64,000 nucleotides of DNA from positions 24,754 to 88,753 of the forward strand of contig CAVVNF010000012.1 in NCBI GenBank assembly GCA_963749535.1, written 5' to 3'. Below are positions 1 through 9,089 of the stretch, piece by piece. The notes under the pieces are model-generated. The model did no database searches. It saw nothing but the letters and a program-made list of their open reading frames with translations, and had not been told where the DNA came from. The stretch's first letter is position 1. Each line of letters opens with the position of its first letter. This DNA is from an uncultured Thermoleophilia bacterium (lineage in GTDB: Bacteria > Actinomycetota > Thermoleophilia > RBG-16-64-13). The position numbers and the translations under genes were made by a program.

Positions 1-593
1 GCCGGGACCAGAGACCGGCCTTCCACTACCACCCGGCCGAGCCAGCCGCCTCCGCGCACGAGCCCACTGGCACGGACTGCTACGAGCAGTCGCGGCCCCG
101 CCGCCAGAAAGATCGCTCCGCCCACCAACAATAGGACCGCGGGGATCATGCGTACCCCCAATGATGTCCCGGCTCCGGCTACGCCCGCGGCCGCACCTGA
201 CGCGTTCGAGATGAGCAACGCCAATCTGCCGGTACCGAGTCCGAAGGCTCCTGCCCCCACGACCAGCGTCCAAGCGCCGTGCCCGAGGCCGGAATCGGCG
301 CCGACAAAGCCCAGAGCCCGCGCGCCCCTTCCCACGGGACCTCCGCCTACGACGCGCCGCAGCCAAAGGTACGGACGGGTGAACGCCTGAGAAGACCACG
401 AAGGCCCAACGCTGACCAGCGGACGAGGGGCGATCCGCTTCAACCCGAAGGTCTCGCTCGAAGCAAAGACCGGCCCGAGGATCTTTCCCAGCCTCGAGAA
501 GAATCTCCCCAGGAGAGAGACGCGAGCGGCCGCCCCGATCCAGACGAAAGAACCGGCGGAGCGCGCGATAAGTGAGAGAGTTTTCGACGACCT
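1..593 (-). CDS. Integral membrane protein, partial; the 3' end runs off the left edge and the start codon is unresolved
   Basis: Hand translation of the minus strand gives an open, hydrophobic Gly/Ala/Leu/Val-rich frame from ~593 to position 1 (LSLIARSAGSFVWIGAAARVSLLGRFF...GAWTLVVGAGAFGLGTGRLALLI...MIPAVLLLVGGAIFLAAGP). It has no in-frame ATG/GTG/TTG near its 5' end. The nearby ATG (595-597) is in another frame. This ORF is not in the ORF track. Confidence 0.3.
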
Positions 594-620
594 TCATGGT
601 CGCATCCGCTACTTCGGCAG

Positions 621-1126
621 CCAAGTTCCAGATGACCGCCGATGTCGTGACTTGCTCGGAACCGCTGCCCGCAAAGATGCTCACCTTGGCTCCCTGGACG
701 ATAGCCAAGCTGCCGATGCGGTAGGACCCACCTGACTTGACCGCGTGGCCGGACACCACGATGTCGACGTCATCATAGAAAGTGAGACGTCTGCACCTCG
801 AGCTTCCCGGTGAGCGGATTCAACACTTCTTCACTGGAGGGGTGAGCCGTGACCGATTCGATTGTGCCGAGGGTCGTGCCGGTATCGTCCTTCAGCGTCC
901 CGCGCACGGCAATAAGGTTGCCCACCTGATCCCTTCGCTGAAGCTGAGCTCTAATGGTCACCGAAATGGGGACAGTCGTTGAACTCGGGGCTTCGACTCG
1001 CACGATCGCAAACACGATCAGGGCGATTACGGCAAGAAGCACGAGGATATCCACGACGTTCACTTTGCCGAAGATGCGTCCTCGCTCGTCGAGAAAGCGG
1101 CTCATCGCCACCATCCTTGAGGTCAA
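621..1126 (-). CDS. DUF4330-like membrane-anchored protein with an apparent frameshift at ~773-777
   Basis: ORF 773..1126 begins MSRFLDERGRIFGKVNVVDILVLLAVIALIVF, a DUF4330-type N-terminus with a TM helix. The family-typical C-terminal half (YDDVDIVVSGHAVKSGGSYRIGSLAIVQGAKVSIF) continues in a different frame from 777 downward. The lower boundary is approximate. Confidence 0.5.
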
Positions 1127-1221
1127 GATATACGGAAAGGACCAGGGAATTCTATATGAATCCAGGGTGCCTGCCTACCGGCGGCCTTATACTAGCGCGG
1201 TGAACGTCCCGGCTCCGCACC

Positions 1222-2944
1222 ATGACCGGGGGCAAAATCGTTTGCACACCTGAGGGATGGGGAAGGCCTTTGCCGGAGGATCCTGTGGAGCAAGGAGACA
1301 TGGCCGAGCCCGAGGCGACGAACGCAGGGGGCATGGAAGAGGAGATCCGGTACCCAGCCGGGGAGCCGGAGCCTGGATCCGCGCTGGGGACGCTGCCGAA
1401 CGCCGGCGCGCCGGTTGAGTGCGGTCCGACTCCATCCGCCGGCGGCCACGAGAGCCCGGGTTGGACCACCCGCCGCCAGTTCCTGAGTCTGGCGGCGTTG
1501 GCCACATTGGGACTGGTCGTGGAAGGTTGCGGACAAAAGGCTTCCTTCGTCACGACTTCCACCACCGCCCTCAGTGCCGCGTTGCTAGGGCCCGAGCCGC
1601 GCGTCAGCCCGGCGCCCACGCAAACCCCGCCGCCGTCTCCTACCGGGACCGTGAGTACCGTCACGGCGGACGTGTGCGTCGTGGGAGGCGGAGCCGCCGG
1701 GATGATGGCGGCCATTGCGGCCGCCCGCCAAGGCGCAAAGACCATCCTCGTCGAGGATTCGTACGTACTGGGCGGCAACCTGACCCGCGGACTCGTCAAT
1801 TTCGACCGGGCCGGGTGGGGCAGCGGAGTCATGGTCGGGGGATTGTTCGAGGAACTCGTCCGCGGACTTGCGGCCCAGGGTGACGGCGTCTTTCCTTCGG
1901 CGCAGACGGCATATACCGTGCCTTGCGATCCCGACGCGTTGCGCCAAGCCGCCCTTCAGATGACGCGGCAGGCCGGGGTCACCGTGCGTTTGGGCACGAG
2001 TGCCATGTGGGCGTTCACCTCCGGCCGGCAGCTTGATTCCATCTGGGTCCGAGAGCGGGCGACCCTCAGCGAGATCGCCGCCTCGATCTTCATCGATTGC
2101 ACCGGCGACGGGAACTTGGGCTTCCTGGCCGGCCATCCGTACTGGTTCGGCCAGCGGACTACGGGCAACATCCAGGGACAGACCCTCATCTTTTGCGCGG
2201 GGCCCGTTAATCTCAGCGATCTCTGGGATTTCGCACAGAAGGAAGGCAGCACCGTTGAGGACTACTGCATAGTCGGAATGCACTCGATCATGAGGGAGGT
2301 GCGCGCATCCAAGGACGTCGTTGGCTCCCCCCAGCTCGGGATGCTCATAAATCGCAACATGTGGCGCAACATGGTCTCCATCTCGGCCAGCGAGACGCTA
2401 CGGCAACTCTCTAGATGGGGAAGGTTTCTCCGACATCTGCAGCACTCTGGAACTGCAGAACACACAGATCCACAAGGCCCTGGTGGAGCACGTCCCCGCG
2501 TTTCGGGACTCGCGCATCACGCGCCTGGCCGAAAGACCGTACTTGCGCGAAGGCAGACGGTTGGTGGGCATGTATCAACTCACCGCTGCAGACGTAAACA
2601 ACAGCGTGAAACCGAGCGATTCGATCGCTCGCGGCTACTATCCCATCGACCTTCACGTCTCCTCGGGAGCTTCGCAGACCATGTTCCAAAAGCCCGGGGA
2701 CTGGTACGGCATCCCTTACCGCTGCCTGGTCGCGAGCGAACTTGATAACCTGCTCATGGCCGGACGATGTATCTCTGTGACCCATGAGGCCCTTGGATCC
2801 ACGCGGATATCGCCCGTGTCGACCGCTCTGGGACAGGCGGCGGGCGTGGCCGCGGCGATGGCCGCCAAGAATCATGCGAGGGCGGCTGACGTACCGGTCG
2901 ACAACCTCCAGGCCGAACTGCAGCGAGAAGGGGCACTCATCTAG
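1222..2944 (+). CDS. FAD-dependent oxidoreductase (FAD_oxidored-like), probably Tat-exported lipoprotein; apparent frameshift near 2400-2412
   Basis: Rossmann motif VCVVGGGAAGMMAAIAAARQGAKTILVED. Twin-arginine plus lipobox-like region TRRQFLSLAALATLGLVVEGCG. The conserved C-terminal third (LVEHVPAFRDSRITRLAERPYLREGRRLVG...GRCISVTHEALGSTRISP) lies in ORF 2483..2944, while ORF 1222..2745 degenerates into Arg/His-rich sequence after ~aa 395. The start could also be ATG 1297 or 1330. Confidence 0.7.
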
Positions 2945-4129
2945 ATGCCGGACGACCACGCGCACAGCGACAGAAAGCCCGCCCAGCGGCCAACAATCTT
3001 CATCACCTTCGGCACCCGTCCAGAGGCCATCAAGATGGCACCGGTCGTGCTGGAGCTTCATCGCCGCCATGTCTTCCGGGTGGTCACCTGCCTCACCGGC
3101 CAGCACAGGGAGATGTTGGACCAGGTGACCGAGGCCTTCGCACTGCCGGTGGACCACGATCTGAACGTCATGCGCGAGCGGCAATCTCTCGGCCACATAA
3201 CCTCGGCGGTCTTGAAGGGCGTCGATCCCTTGCTCGAGACGGAGAAGCCCGACCTCGTCATGGTGCACGGAGACACGACCACGACGTTCGCGGCCGCCCT
3301 GGCCGCGTTCTACCGGATGATCCCGGTGGCTCACGTGGAAGCGGGATTGCGCACCAACGACATCTACAGTCCCTATCCAGAGGAGATCAACCGGCGCCTA
3401 GCCGATCGTTTGGCGGAGATCTTGTATGCTCCTACCCCCGCTGCCCGTGAAGCCCTGCTGCGAGAAGGCGCCGACCCGTCGCACATTCTAGTGACCGGCA
3501 ACACCGTCATCGACGCGTTGCTGACGGCGACCACGGCACCGGCTCCCGCCTGGCCCCCGGAACTCGCTCAGGCCCTTGGTCGTCCCGGGCCGAAGATACT
3601 GGTGACCGTCCACCGCCGCGAGAGCTGGGGGGCCCCCATGGAGTCCGTGGCCCGCGCCATCAAGGCCGTCACCGAGCGCCTGCCAGAAGTCACCTTCATC
3701 TTCCCGATCCACCTGAACCCGATCGTCCGGACCACGTTCCACGGGGTACTGGATGAGGTGAGCCAGGTGCTGTTCATCGAGCCGCTCGAGTACCTTTCGT
3801 TCGTCCATCTCATGAAAGCCGCGGACCTGGTGATCACCGATTCGGGCGGCATCCAGGAAGAGGCGCCCACCCTGGGCAAGCCGGTACTCGTCATGCGCGA
3901 CACCACCGAGCGGCCCGAGGGATTGGCGGCGGGCACGGCGCGCTTGGTCGGCACCGGCACCGATTCCATCGCTGGGGAGATTGTGCGGCTTCTCACGGAT
4001 CCGCGCGAGTACCAGAAGATGGCCGGAGCCATCAACCCGTACGGAGACGGCCTGGCTGGGGCCCGGATCGCCGATCACCTCGAGTTCCGGTTCGGCTTGC
4101 GGGGTTCTCCCCCGGACCAGTTCGCCTGA
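2945..4129 (+). CDS. wecB: UDP-N-acetylglucosamine 2-epimerase (non-hydrolysing)
   Basis: 394-aa ORF with hallmark motifs FGTRPEAIKMAPV, GQHREMLDQV, VHGDTTTTFAAALAAFY, VAHVEAGLRT and PEEINRRL. The ATG directly follows the upstream stop. Confidence 0.9.
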   Translation: MPDDHAHSDRKPAQRPTIFITFGTRPEAIKMAPVVLELHRRHVFRVVTCLTGQHREMLDQVTEAFALPVDHDLNVMRERQSLGHITSAVLKGVDPLLETEKPDLVMVHGDTTTTFAAALAAFYRMIPVAHVEAGLRTNDIYSPYPEEINRRLADRLAEILYAPTPAAREALLREGADPSHILVTGNTVIDALLTATTAPAPAWPPELAQALGRPGPKILVTVHRRESWGAPMESVARAIKAVTERLPEVTFIFPIHLNPIVRTTFHGVLDEVSQVLFIEPLEYLSFVHLMKAADLVITDSGGIQEEAPTLGKPVLVMRDTTERPEGLAAGTARLVGTGTDSIAGEIVRLLTDPREYQKMAGAINPYGDGLAGARIADHLEFRFGLRGSPPDQFA

Positions 4130-4190
4130 AGCTGAAGGCCCGCGGGCGTTCCCGGGACGCGGCGGCCGAGACCACCACCGGTAGCCGGAG

Positions 4191-4466
4191 CTAGATATCC
4201 AGGTAGCCTTCCTCGGAGTCCATCTGGGTGGACAGAAGATCGACGACGCTCTGATCTTCTTCCACTATCCCCATGAAGAGCACGGCTGGCCCGGACCAAA
4301 GCGCCACCCGCGACCCCACAGGCAACGGTACCGGTCTGCCGTCCAGATCTGTGACGCGTTTCAGACGCGACTGCAGTACATCCCTTTCGACGACTGCGTG
4401 TCCGATGGGGAAGGGCTCTTGATCGTTCAACTGGAGCCGGGGCTCGCGTTCCTTGCCAATGTCCAT
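4191..4466 (-). CDS. Hypothetical protein (91 aa)
   Basis: Clean ORF with balanced composition (MDIGKEREPRLQLNDQEPFPIGHAVVERDV...). I recognised no family. Confidence 0.4.
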   Translation of the reverse strand: MDIGKEREPRLQLNDQEPFPIGHAVVERDVLQSRLKRVTDLDGRPVPLPVGSRVALWSGPAVLFMGIVEEDQSVVDLLSTQMDSEEGYLDI

Positions 4467-4732
4467 GGCCTCACCCGCGTATGCCGTGATTGATCCACAA
4501 ACGGCCGTCAGCCGACAGAAACCGCTCGCTCACTATATCGGCAGAGAGGGTCTATCGCTTAGCAGCGGCATGGGATGGCGGCCGGCCAGGGAAGCGGCAC
4601 CGGCCACGCGCTGGGAGACTGCTCCCGGATGTCGGCGACTCCCCGCGGGCCGGTGGCCCCACGCAGCAGCCGACCCCGGATCAGCGGCCGAGCAGAGGCG
4701 GACAGACCGCTTCGCCTGCGCCGGCGAACCGA

Positions 4733-5542
4733 CTAAACGGAGCGCCTCCGGGCGATGAGGGCCGCCGCGGCGCCCGCTCCGACACCGTTGTCGATGTTGA
4801 CGGCCACGACGCCGGGCGAGCAGCTCTGCAGTATCGAATAGAGGGCGGCGGTCCCGTCTCCGCCGATACCGTAGCCGGTCGAGGTGGGAACACCGATGAC
4901 GGGCACGTCCACCAGCCCTCCCACGACGGAAGGAAGCGCGCCCTCCATGCCGGCCACCACGACGAAGACATCCGCGCCGGCCTCGACCATCCGCGATAGC
5001 GGCTCCAACAGTCTATGGACTCCGGCCACACCCACGTCGTATCCACGCTCCACATGACAGCCCATATGCTTGGCCACCAATGCCGCTTCTTCCGCCACCG
5101 GTATGTCCGAGGTGCCGGCGGTCAGAAGCCCGACGTAGCCCCTGGCTTCCGGCGGATGGTACGTGTCCGTGGTGACCGCGAGTACTCCGGCCTCCGGCTC
5201 ATAATCGAGGTCGAGGTGCTCGAACCTGCCGCTTGCCTCAAGCGTGCCACGGAGAAGGTCCGCGCGTTCCGGCTCGAGTCGGCTCACCAGAGCCAGACCG
5301 CGGGCATCCAGAAAGTGCTCAACGATGGCCGCCAAGTTCTTCTCCGTCTTGCGCGGGGCGTAGATGACTTCGGGCACTCCCTTTCGCAGGATCCGGTTGC
5401 TGTCCAGTCGCGCGAAATCGCCTAACTGCGAGATCTGGAACAGACGGAGTTTTTGAATCGTTTCCTCTACACCGGTATGCCCCGCCGCGAGAGCGTCGAG
5501 CAGTTCGCGCAGGCTGTTGTTGTCTGCGATGCCGGGACTCAA
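4733..5542 (-). CDS. larB: Nickel-pincer cofactor biosynthesis protein LarB (PurE-like carboxylase/hydrolase)
   Basis: 269 aa. The N-terminal region ...ARLDSNRILRKGVPEVIYAPRKT is followed by a PurE-like core: VGLLTAGTSDIPVAEEAALVAKHMG, VAGMEGALPSVVGGLVDVPVIGVPTSTGYG. Confidence 0.8.
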   Translation of the reverse strand: MSPGIADNNSLRELLDALAAGHTGVEETIQKLRLFQISQLGDFARLDSNRILRKGVPEVIYAPRKTEKNLAAIVEHFLDARGLALVSRLEPERADLLRGTLEASGRFEHLDLDYEPEAGVLAVTTDTYHPPEARGYVGLLTAGTSDIPVAEEAALVAKHMGCHVERGYDVGVAGVHRLLEPLSRMVEAGADVFVVVAGMEGALPSVVGGLVDVPVIGVPTSTGYGIGGDGTAALYSILQSCSPGVVAVNIDNGVGAGAAAALIARRRSV

Positions 5543-5547
5543 GAGTA

Positions 5548-6483
5548 TTACGCGACGGCGGTGAGCAGGATGGCTTCCACCAGGTCCTCATACGAAAGCC
5601 CGGCCGCTGCCGCCTGGGCCGGAAGGTCCGACAACTCGGTCATGCCCGGAAGGGTGTTGACCTCCACGAACCAGGGGGTACCGGCAGTGTCCACCATCAG
5701 GTCGACCCGGCCGTATCCACGGCATCCGATAGCCCGAAAAGCCGAGATCGCCAAGCGCTGCGATTGCTCGTATGCGATTGGATCGAGCCGGGCCGGGAGG
5801 ATGAAGTCCGTCATCCCTCCCGTGTACTTGGCCTCGTAATCGTAGAATTCTCTCTTGGGGACCAACTCGAGAACGGGCAAAGCGGTCGGCTTTCCGTTTA
5901 GATGGAGCACGCCCACGGTGATCTCGGATCCCCTTACGAACCGCTCCGCGAAGACCGAACCGAATTCCGAGCGTACTTTCTCCAAATGGCCCGGTAGCTC
6001 GTCACGATCCTTGCACTTGACCACGCCGAGACTCGAGCCCTCGTTGACCGGCTTGATCATGACCGGGAAGCCAAGCTTCGCCTCGATCCTGGCCGCCGCA
6101 TCCGCCACGGGTTCGTCACCATCTATCTCGCAAAAATCCGGCGTGGGCACGCCGCTCGACCGGGCGATCTTCTTGGCGGAGATCTTGTTCATGCCCAGCG
6201 CGGAGGCGAGCACTCCGGAGCCGGTGTAGGGGATGCCCATCACTTCGAGCAATCCCTGGATTGTGCCGTCCTCGCCGTAGCGACCGTGAAGCGCCAGGAA
6301 GGCGACCTCCACGTTGTTCTCCCTGAGCTTCTGCCCGACATCGCGCAGGGCGTCGATCCGCACCACCCGGTATCCCCGAGACTGTAAAGCGGTGAAACAG
6401 TTCTCGCCGGAAATAAGGGATATTTCCCGTTCGCCGGACAAGCCGCCCATGAGTACGCCGATGGTCTTCGTCTTCAGGTCCAT
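5548..6483 (-). CDS. ddl: D-alanine--D-alanine ligase
   Basis: Conserved Ddl sequence starts at internal ATG 6481-6483 (MDLKTKTIGVLMGGLSGEREISLISG...LHGRYGEDGTIQGLLEVMGIPYTGSG...RVDLMVD...FVEVNTLPGMT). The upstream 130 codons of the 441-aa track ORF are Arg/Ser-rich and overlap the neighbouring gene. Confidence 0.9.
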   Translation of the reverse strand: MDLKTKTIGVLMGGLSGEREISLISGENCFTALQSRGYRVVRIDALRDVGQKLRENNVEVAFLALHGRYGEDGTIQGLLEVMGIPYTGSGVLASALGMNKISAKKIARSSGVPTPDFCEIDGDEPVADAAARIEAKLGFPVMIKPVNEGSSLGVVKCKDRDELPGHLEKVRSEFGSVFAERFVRGSEITVGVLHLNGKPTALPVLELVPKREFYDYEAKYTGGMTDFILPARLDPIAYEQSQRLAISAFRAIGCRGYGRVDLMVDTAGTPWFVEVNTLPGMTELSDLPAQAAAAGLSYEDLVEAILLTAVA

Positions 6484-6607
6484 GCCGGAAATGTACCACA
6501 GCGCCACGGAAGCGCTTAGCGAGTGATTTGGAGGAATCCCAAGGTCGCGAGGTCTGGCGCGAACCGGGCAAGGAAGGCGTCGCTCGAGACCGACCACGTA
6601 GAGCTCG

Positions 6608-7498
6608 TTAGCCGACCGCCGCCTTCGCCCGGTCTGGAACACTTTCGTGAGCCGAGACCACACGGCGGAAGGCTGCCGTGCTGAAGGCCCCGTCTTCCGC
6701 GACCCGGAGAAGCTCCTCCGCATCGAGACCGTCGGCTGGGGCCGAGGCGCAGCCGACCAGGCATTCGATCCTGCGCCCGTCGACAAGATGCTCCCCGACT
6801 TTTCTTCCCACCATGTCCGCCATGGCTCCGGCGCTTGCAGGATCGCCCGAGAACAAGAACGCGATCCGGCCACCGGATAGATGGAAGTGCTGGGCGTCCG
6901 TTCCGAGATGACGCATGGCTCGGCGCGTGACGGCCGCCAAGGTGTGTTGCGCGACTAAGTCTCCGTAATAGAACACGGTCTCCTCGAACCGTACCAACTG
7001 CACCAGCACGAGGCTGAAGGTGGACCCACTCGTAGCGAAGAGCCGCATCCGGGTGCGAATCGCGGCTTCCAGGTCTTCAAGTTCAGGCTTTGTGCCGACA
7101 CTGGCGTTCCGCGATGCGGACGGCGTGGTACCGGCGCGCTCGAGTCTCGAGCGCCGGGAAATCCTGGCGGTGATGGCAAATCCGCACACCCAAACGGCGG
7201 CAATGATGACGCGCATCGGGATGTGCTTGCTCCACACGAACAACGGCAGCAGGATCGCGAAGTCTGTGAGGCAAAGAAGGTATCCGAGCCGCCGGTCGTT
7301 GTGGAAGACGGCGGCGAGACGGAGGGACCAGAGGGAATACAGGACTACGAAGATGAAGTAGAAGAGCCACAGAGCGGGAGAACGTATGCCTGAAAGCGGA
7401 GGCCCGATCAGACTGACCGCCCCGAGGAGAAGGAGCCTCACCCGAGACTTGCGGTGCTCGGTACTAGGAAGGAGCCAGGCTGTCATCGGGCCATTCAT
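6608..7498 (-). CDS. Membrane protein with a degenerate GGDEF-like cytoplasmic domain
   Basis: The N-terminal ~120 aa form several hydrophobic helices. The C-terminal domain follows the GGDEF fold pattern (FSLVLVQLVRFEETVFYYGDLVAQHTLAAVTRR...) but carries SGGRIAFLF where GG[DE]EF is expected. Confidence 0.55.
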   Translation of the reverse strand: MNGPMTAWLLPSTEHRKSRVRLLLLGAVSLIGPPLSGIRSPALWLFYFIFVVLYSLWSLRLAAVFHNDRRLGYLLCLTDFAILLPLFVWSKHIPMRVIIAAVWVCGFAITARISRRSRLERAGTTPSASRNASVGTKPELEDLEAAIRTRMRLFATSGSTFSLVLVQLVRFEETVFYYGDLVAQHTLAAVTRRAMRHLGTDAQHFHLSGGRIAFLFSGDPASAGAMADMVGRKVGEHLVDGRRIECLVGCASAPADGLDAEELLRVAEDGAFSTAAFRRVVSAHESVPDRAKAAVG

Positions 7499-7512
7499 GT
7501 AAGTTCAATTGC

Positions 7513-7565
7513 AGTATAAGATGTCTGCAAGCGCTTTTGCAATACTTATTGCTAAATTTCATAAC
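7513..7565. promoter_or_regulatory. Candidate back-to-back promoters sharing a palindromic -35 hexamer in an AT-rich island
   Basis: Plus strand: TTGCAA (7537-7542), 17-nt spacer, CATAAC (7560-7565), upstream of tldD. Minus strand: the same TTGCAA, 18-nt spacer, TATACT (7518-7513), about 15 nt upstream of ATG 7498. There is also an inverted repeat GCAATA-CT-TATTGC at 7539-7552. Confidence 0.35.
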
Positions 7566-7626
7566 TGAAATGCGCGACCGTGGCAACGGCGCTTGAAGCG
7601 GAAGTAAGCGGGGTAGAAACGTTGCA

Positions 7627-9087
7627 ATGAAGGAGTTCGCCCTCTCGATCCTCGACCTGCTCGATCAACCCGCGATCGACTACGCGGACGTGCGCGTGGT
7701 CAGGCGCCGTGAGGAAAGTCTCCACGTGAAGAACGGCGTACTGGAGGCCTGGGCAGACGAAGAGGACCTGGGCTTTGGCGTCCGGGTGCTGCTCGGTGGC
7801 TACTGGGGCTTTGCCGCCGCCCACGAGCTGTCGGCAAAACGCGCCTCCACGGTGGTGGCTCAAGCTCTCGAGATAGCTGCTGCTTCGGCGCGGGTGGGAG
7901 GGCCCCGAACGCGTCTGGCCCCGCAGACCGCTCGCCACGAGGATGTTGTGGGCCGCTGTCTGGAGGACCCATTCGCGATGCCCCCCGACGAGAAGGTGGC
8001 CTTCTTGCTCAAGGCGACCGAGGCCTTGCGCGGCCCCGGCATCGACTTCGCGGTGGCGAAAATGGGGGCGTTCCGCGAGCAGAAGGTGTTCGCTTCCACC
8101 GAGGGGGCACTCATCAGCCAGACTCGCACGGAAACGGGGGGAGGCATCGAGGCCACCGCTGTCGCGAGCGGCGACGTTCAGACCAGGTCTTATCCCTCTG
8201 CGGGATACGGCAGCTGGAACCAGGGTGGATTCGAGGTGGTGCGCGGCTTCGAGTTCCAGGAACACGCACCCCGGCTGGCTGAAGAGGCAGTGGCTCTGCT
8301 GACCGCTCCCCGCTGCCCGGAGATGACCACCACCGTCATCCTGGACGCTGATCAGATGGCCCTTCAGCTGCACGAATCGGTGGGACACCCCACGGAGTTC
8401 GATCGCGTCCTCGGGAGCGAGATCAGCTATGCCGGCGGCAGCTTCCTGAAGAAAGGCGATCTCGGCCACTTTCACCTCGGATCGGAACAGGTGACCATCG
8501 TGGCAGATGGAACTCTGCCCTCCGGGGTGGGCTCTGCGGCCTTCGACGACGAAGGGGTCCCGGCCCAACGGAACGTGCTCGTCCACCGAGGCCAGCTCAG
8601 CGGGTTCCTAACCTCCCGGGAGACTGCGCCCTTGTTGGGACAGCAATCATCCGGTGCCATGCGCGCTTCCGGCTGGAACCGGCTTCCTCTTATCCGCATG
8701 ACCAACGTCAGCATCCAACCTGGAAACGGGACGCTGGATGAACTCATCTCTGAAGTGCCCGATGGCGTGCTCCTTTCCACGAACAAGAGCTGGAGCATCG
8801 ACGACCTCCGCCTCAACTTCCAGTTCTCCACCGAGATCGGCTGGGAGATCAAGAACGGCCGGCTGGGCCGGATGCTGCGCGACTGTGCCTATACCGGCAC
8901 CACCCCATCGTTCTGGCGTTCGTGCGACGCCGTCTGCGGTCCACAGGAATGGCGACTGTTCGGGGTGGTCAACTGCGGCAAGGGCGAGCCCGGGCAGGTC
9001 GCCCATGTGGGCCACGGGGCGGCGCCGGCGCGGTTTCACAAGGTGCGTGTGGGCGTCCCCCGGCAAGCATCACCTGGAGGAGCCTGA
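7627..9087 (+). CDS. tldD: TldD family metalloprotease
   Basis: 486 aa with the TldD/PmbA fold pattern and the metal-binding motif HESVGHPTEFDRV. Confidence 0.85.
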   Translation: MKEFALSILDLLDQPAIDYADVRVVRRREESLHVKNGVLEAWADEEDLGFGVRVLLGGYWGFAAAHELSAKRASTVVAQALEIAAASARVGGPRTRLAPQTARHEDVVGRCLEDPFAMPPDEKVAFLLKATEALRGPGIDFAVAKMGAFREQKVFASTEGALISQTRTETGGGIEATAVASGDVQTRSYPSAGYGSWNQGGFEVVRGFEFQEHAPRLAEEAVALLTAPRCPEMTTTVILDADQMALQLHESVGHPTEFDRVLGSEISYAGGSFLKKGDLGHFHLGSEQVTIVADGTLPSGVGSAAFDDEGVPAQRNVLVHRGQLSGFLTSRETAPLLGQQSSGAMRASGWNRLPLIRMTNVSIQPGNGTLDELISEVPDGVLLSTNKSWSIDDLRLNFQFSTEIGWEIKNGRLGRMLRDCAYTGTTPSFWRSCDAVCGPQEWRLFGVVNCGKGEPGQVAHVGHGAAPARFHKVRVGVPRQASPGGA

Positions 9088-9089
9088 GA

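Noticed and set aside
148-575. Two overlapping Pro/Ala/Arg-rich plus-strand ORFs (80 and 98 aa)
   Set aside because: The composition is typical of an antisense frame. The minus strand here encodes a plausible hydrophobic membrane protein.
4467-4732. Possible cobalamin riboswitch or SRP RNA (AGGGAAGCGGCACCGG... and GGGAGACTGC resemble fragments of B12-element motifs). The region 13480-13687 upstream of the CbiA-like gene was also considered.
   Set aside because: The fragments are in the wrong order and spacing. No GCCACTG B12 box is present and no long SRP-type helix with the conserved domain IV loop. The 13.5-kb region lacks the AGGGAA/GGTG core entirely.
6484-6873. N-terminal 130 codons of the 441-aa track ORF for ddl
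   Set aside because: The extension is Arg/Ser/Pro-rich, overlaps the 3' end of the neighbouring GGDEF-like gene, and precedes the canonical Ddl N-terminus (MDLKTKTIGVLMGG). The internal ATG at 6483 is the credible start.
7552-8586. 344-aa minus-strand ORF, plus similar ORFs at 55756..56745 and 59825..60646
   Set aside because: These are antisense to tldD, the MFS transporter and sdhA respectively. All show the Arg/Gly/His-rich composition typical of non-coding frames in high-GC sequence.
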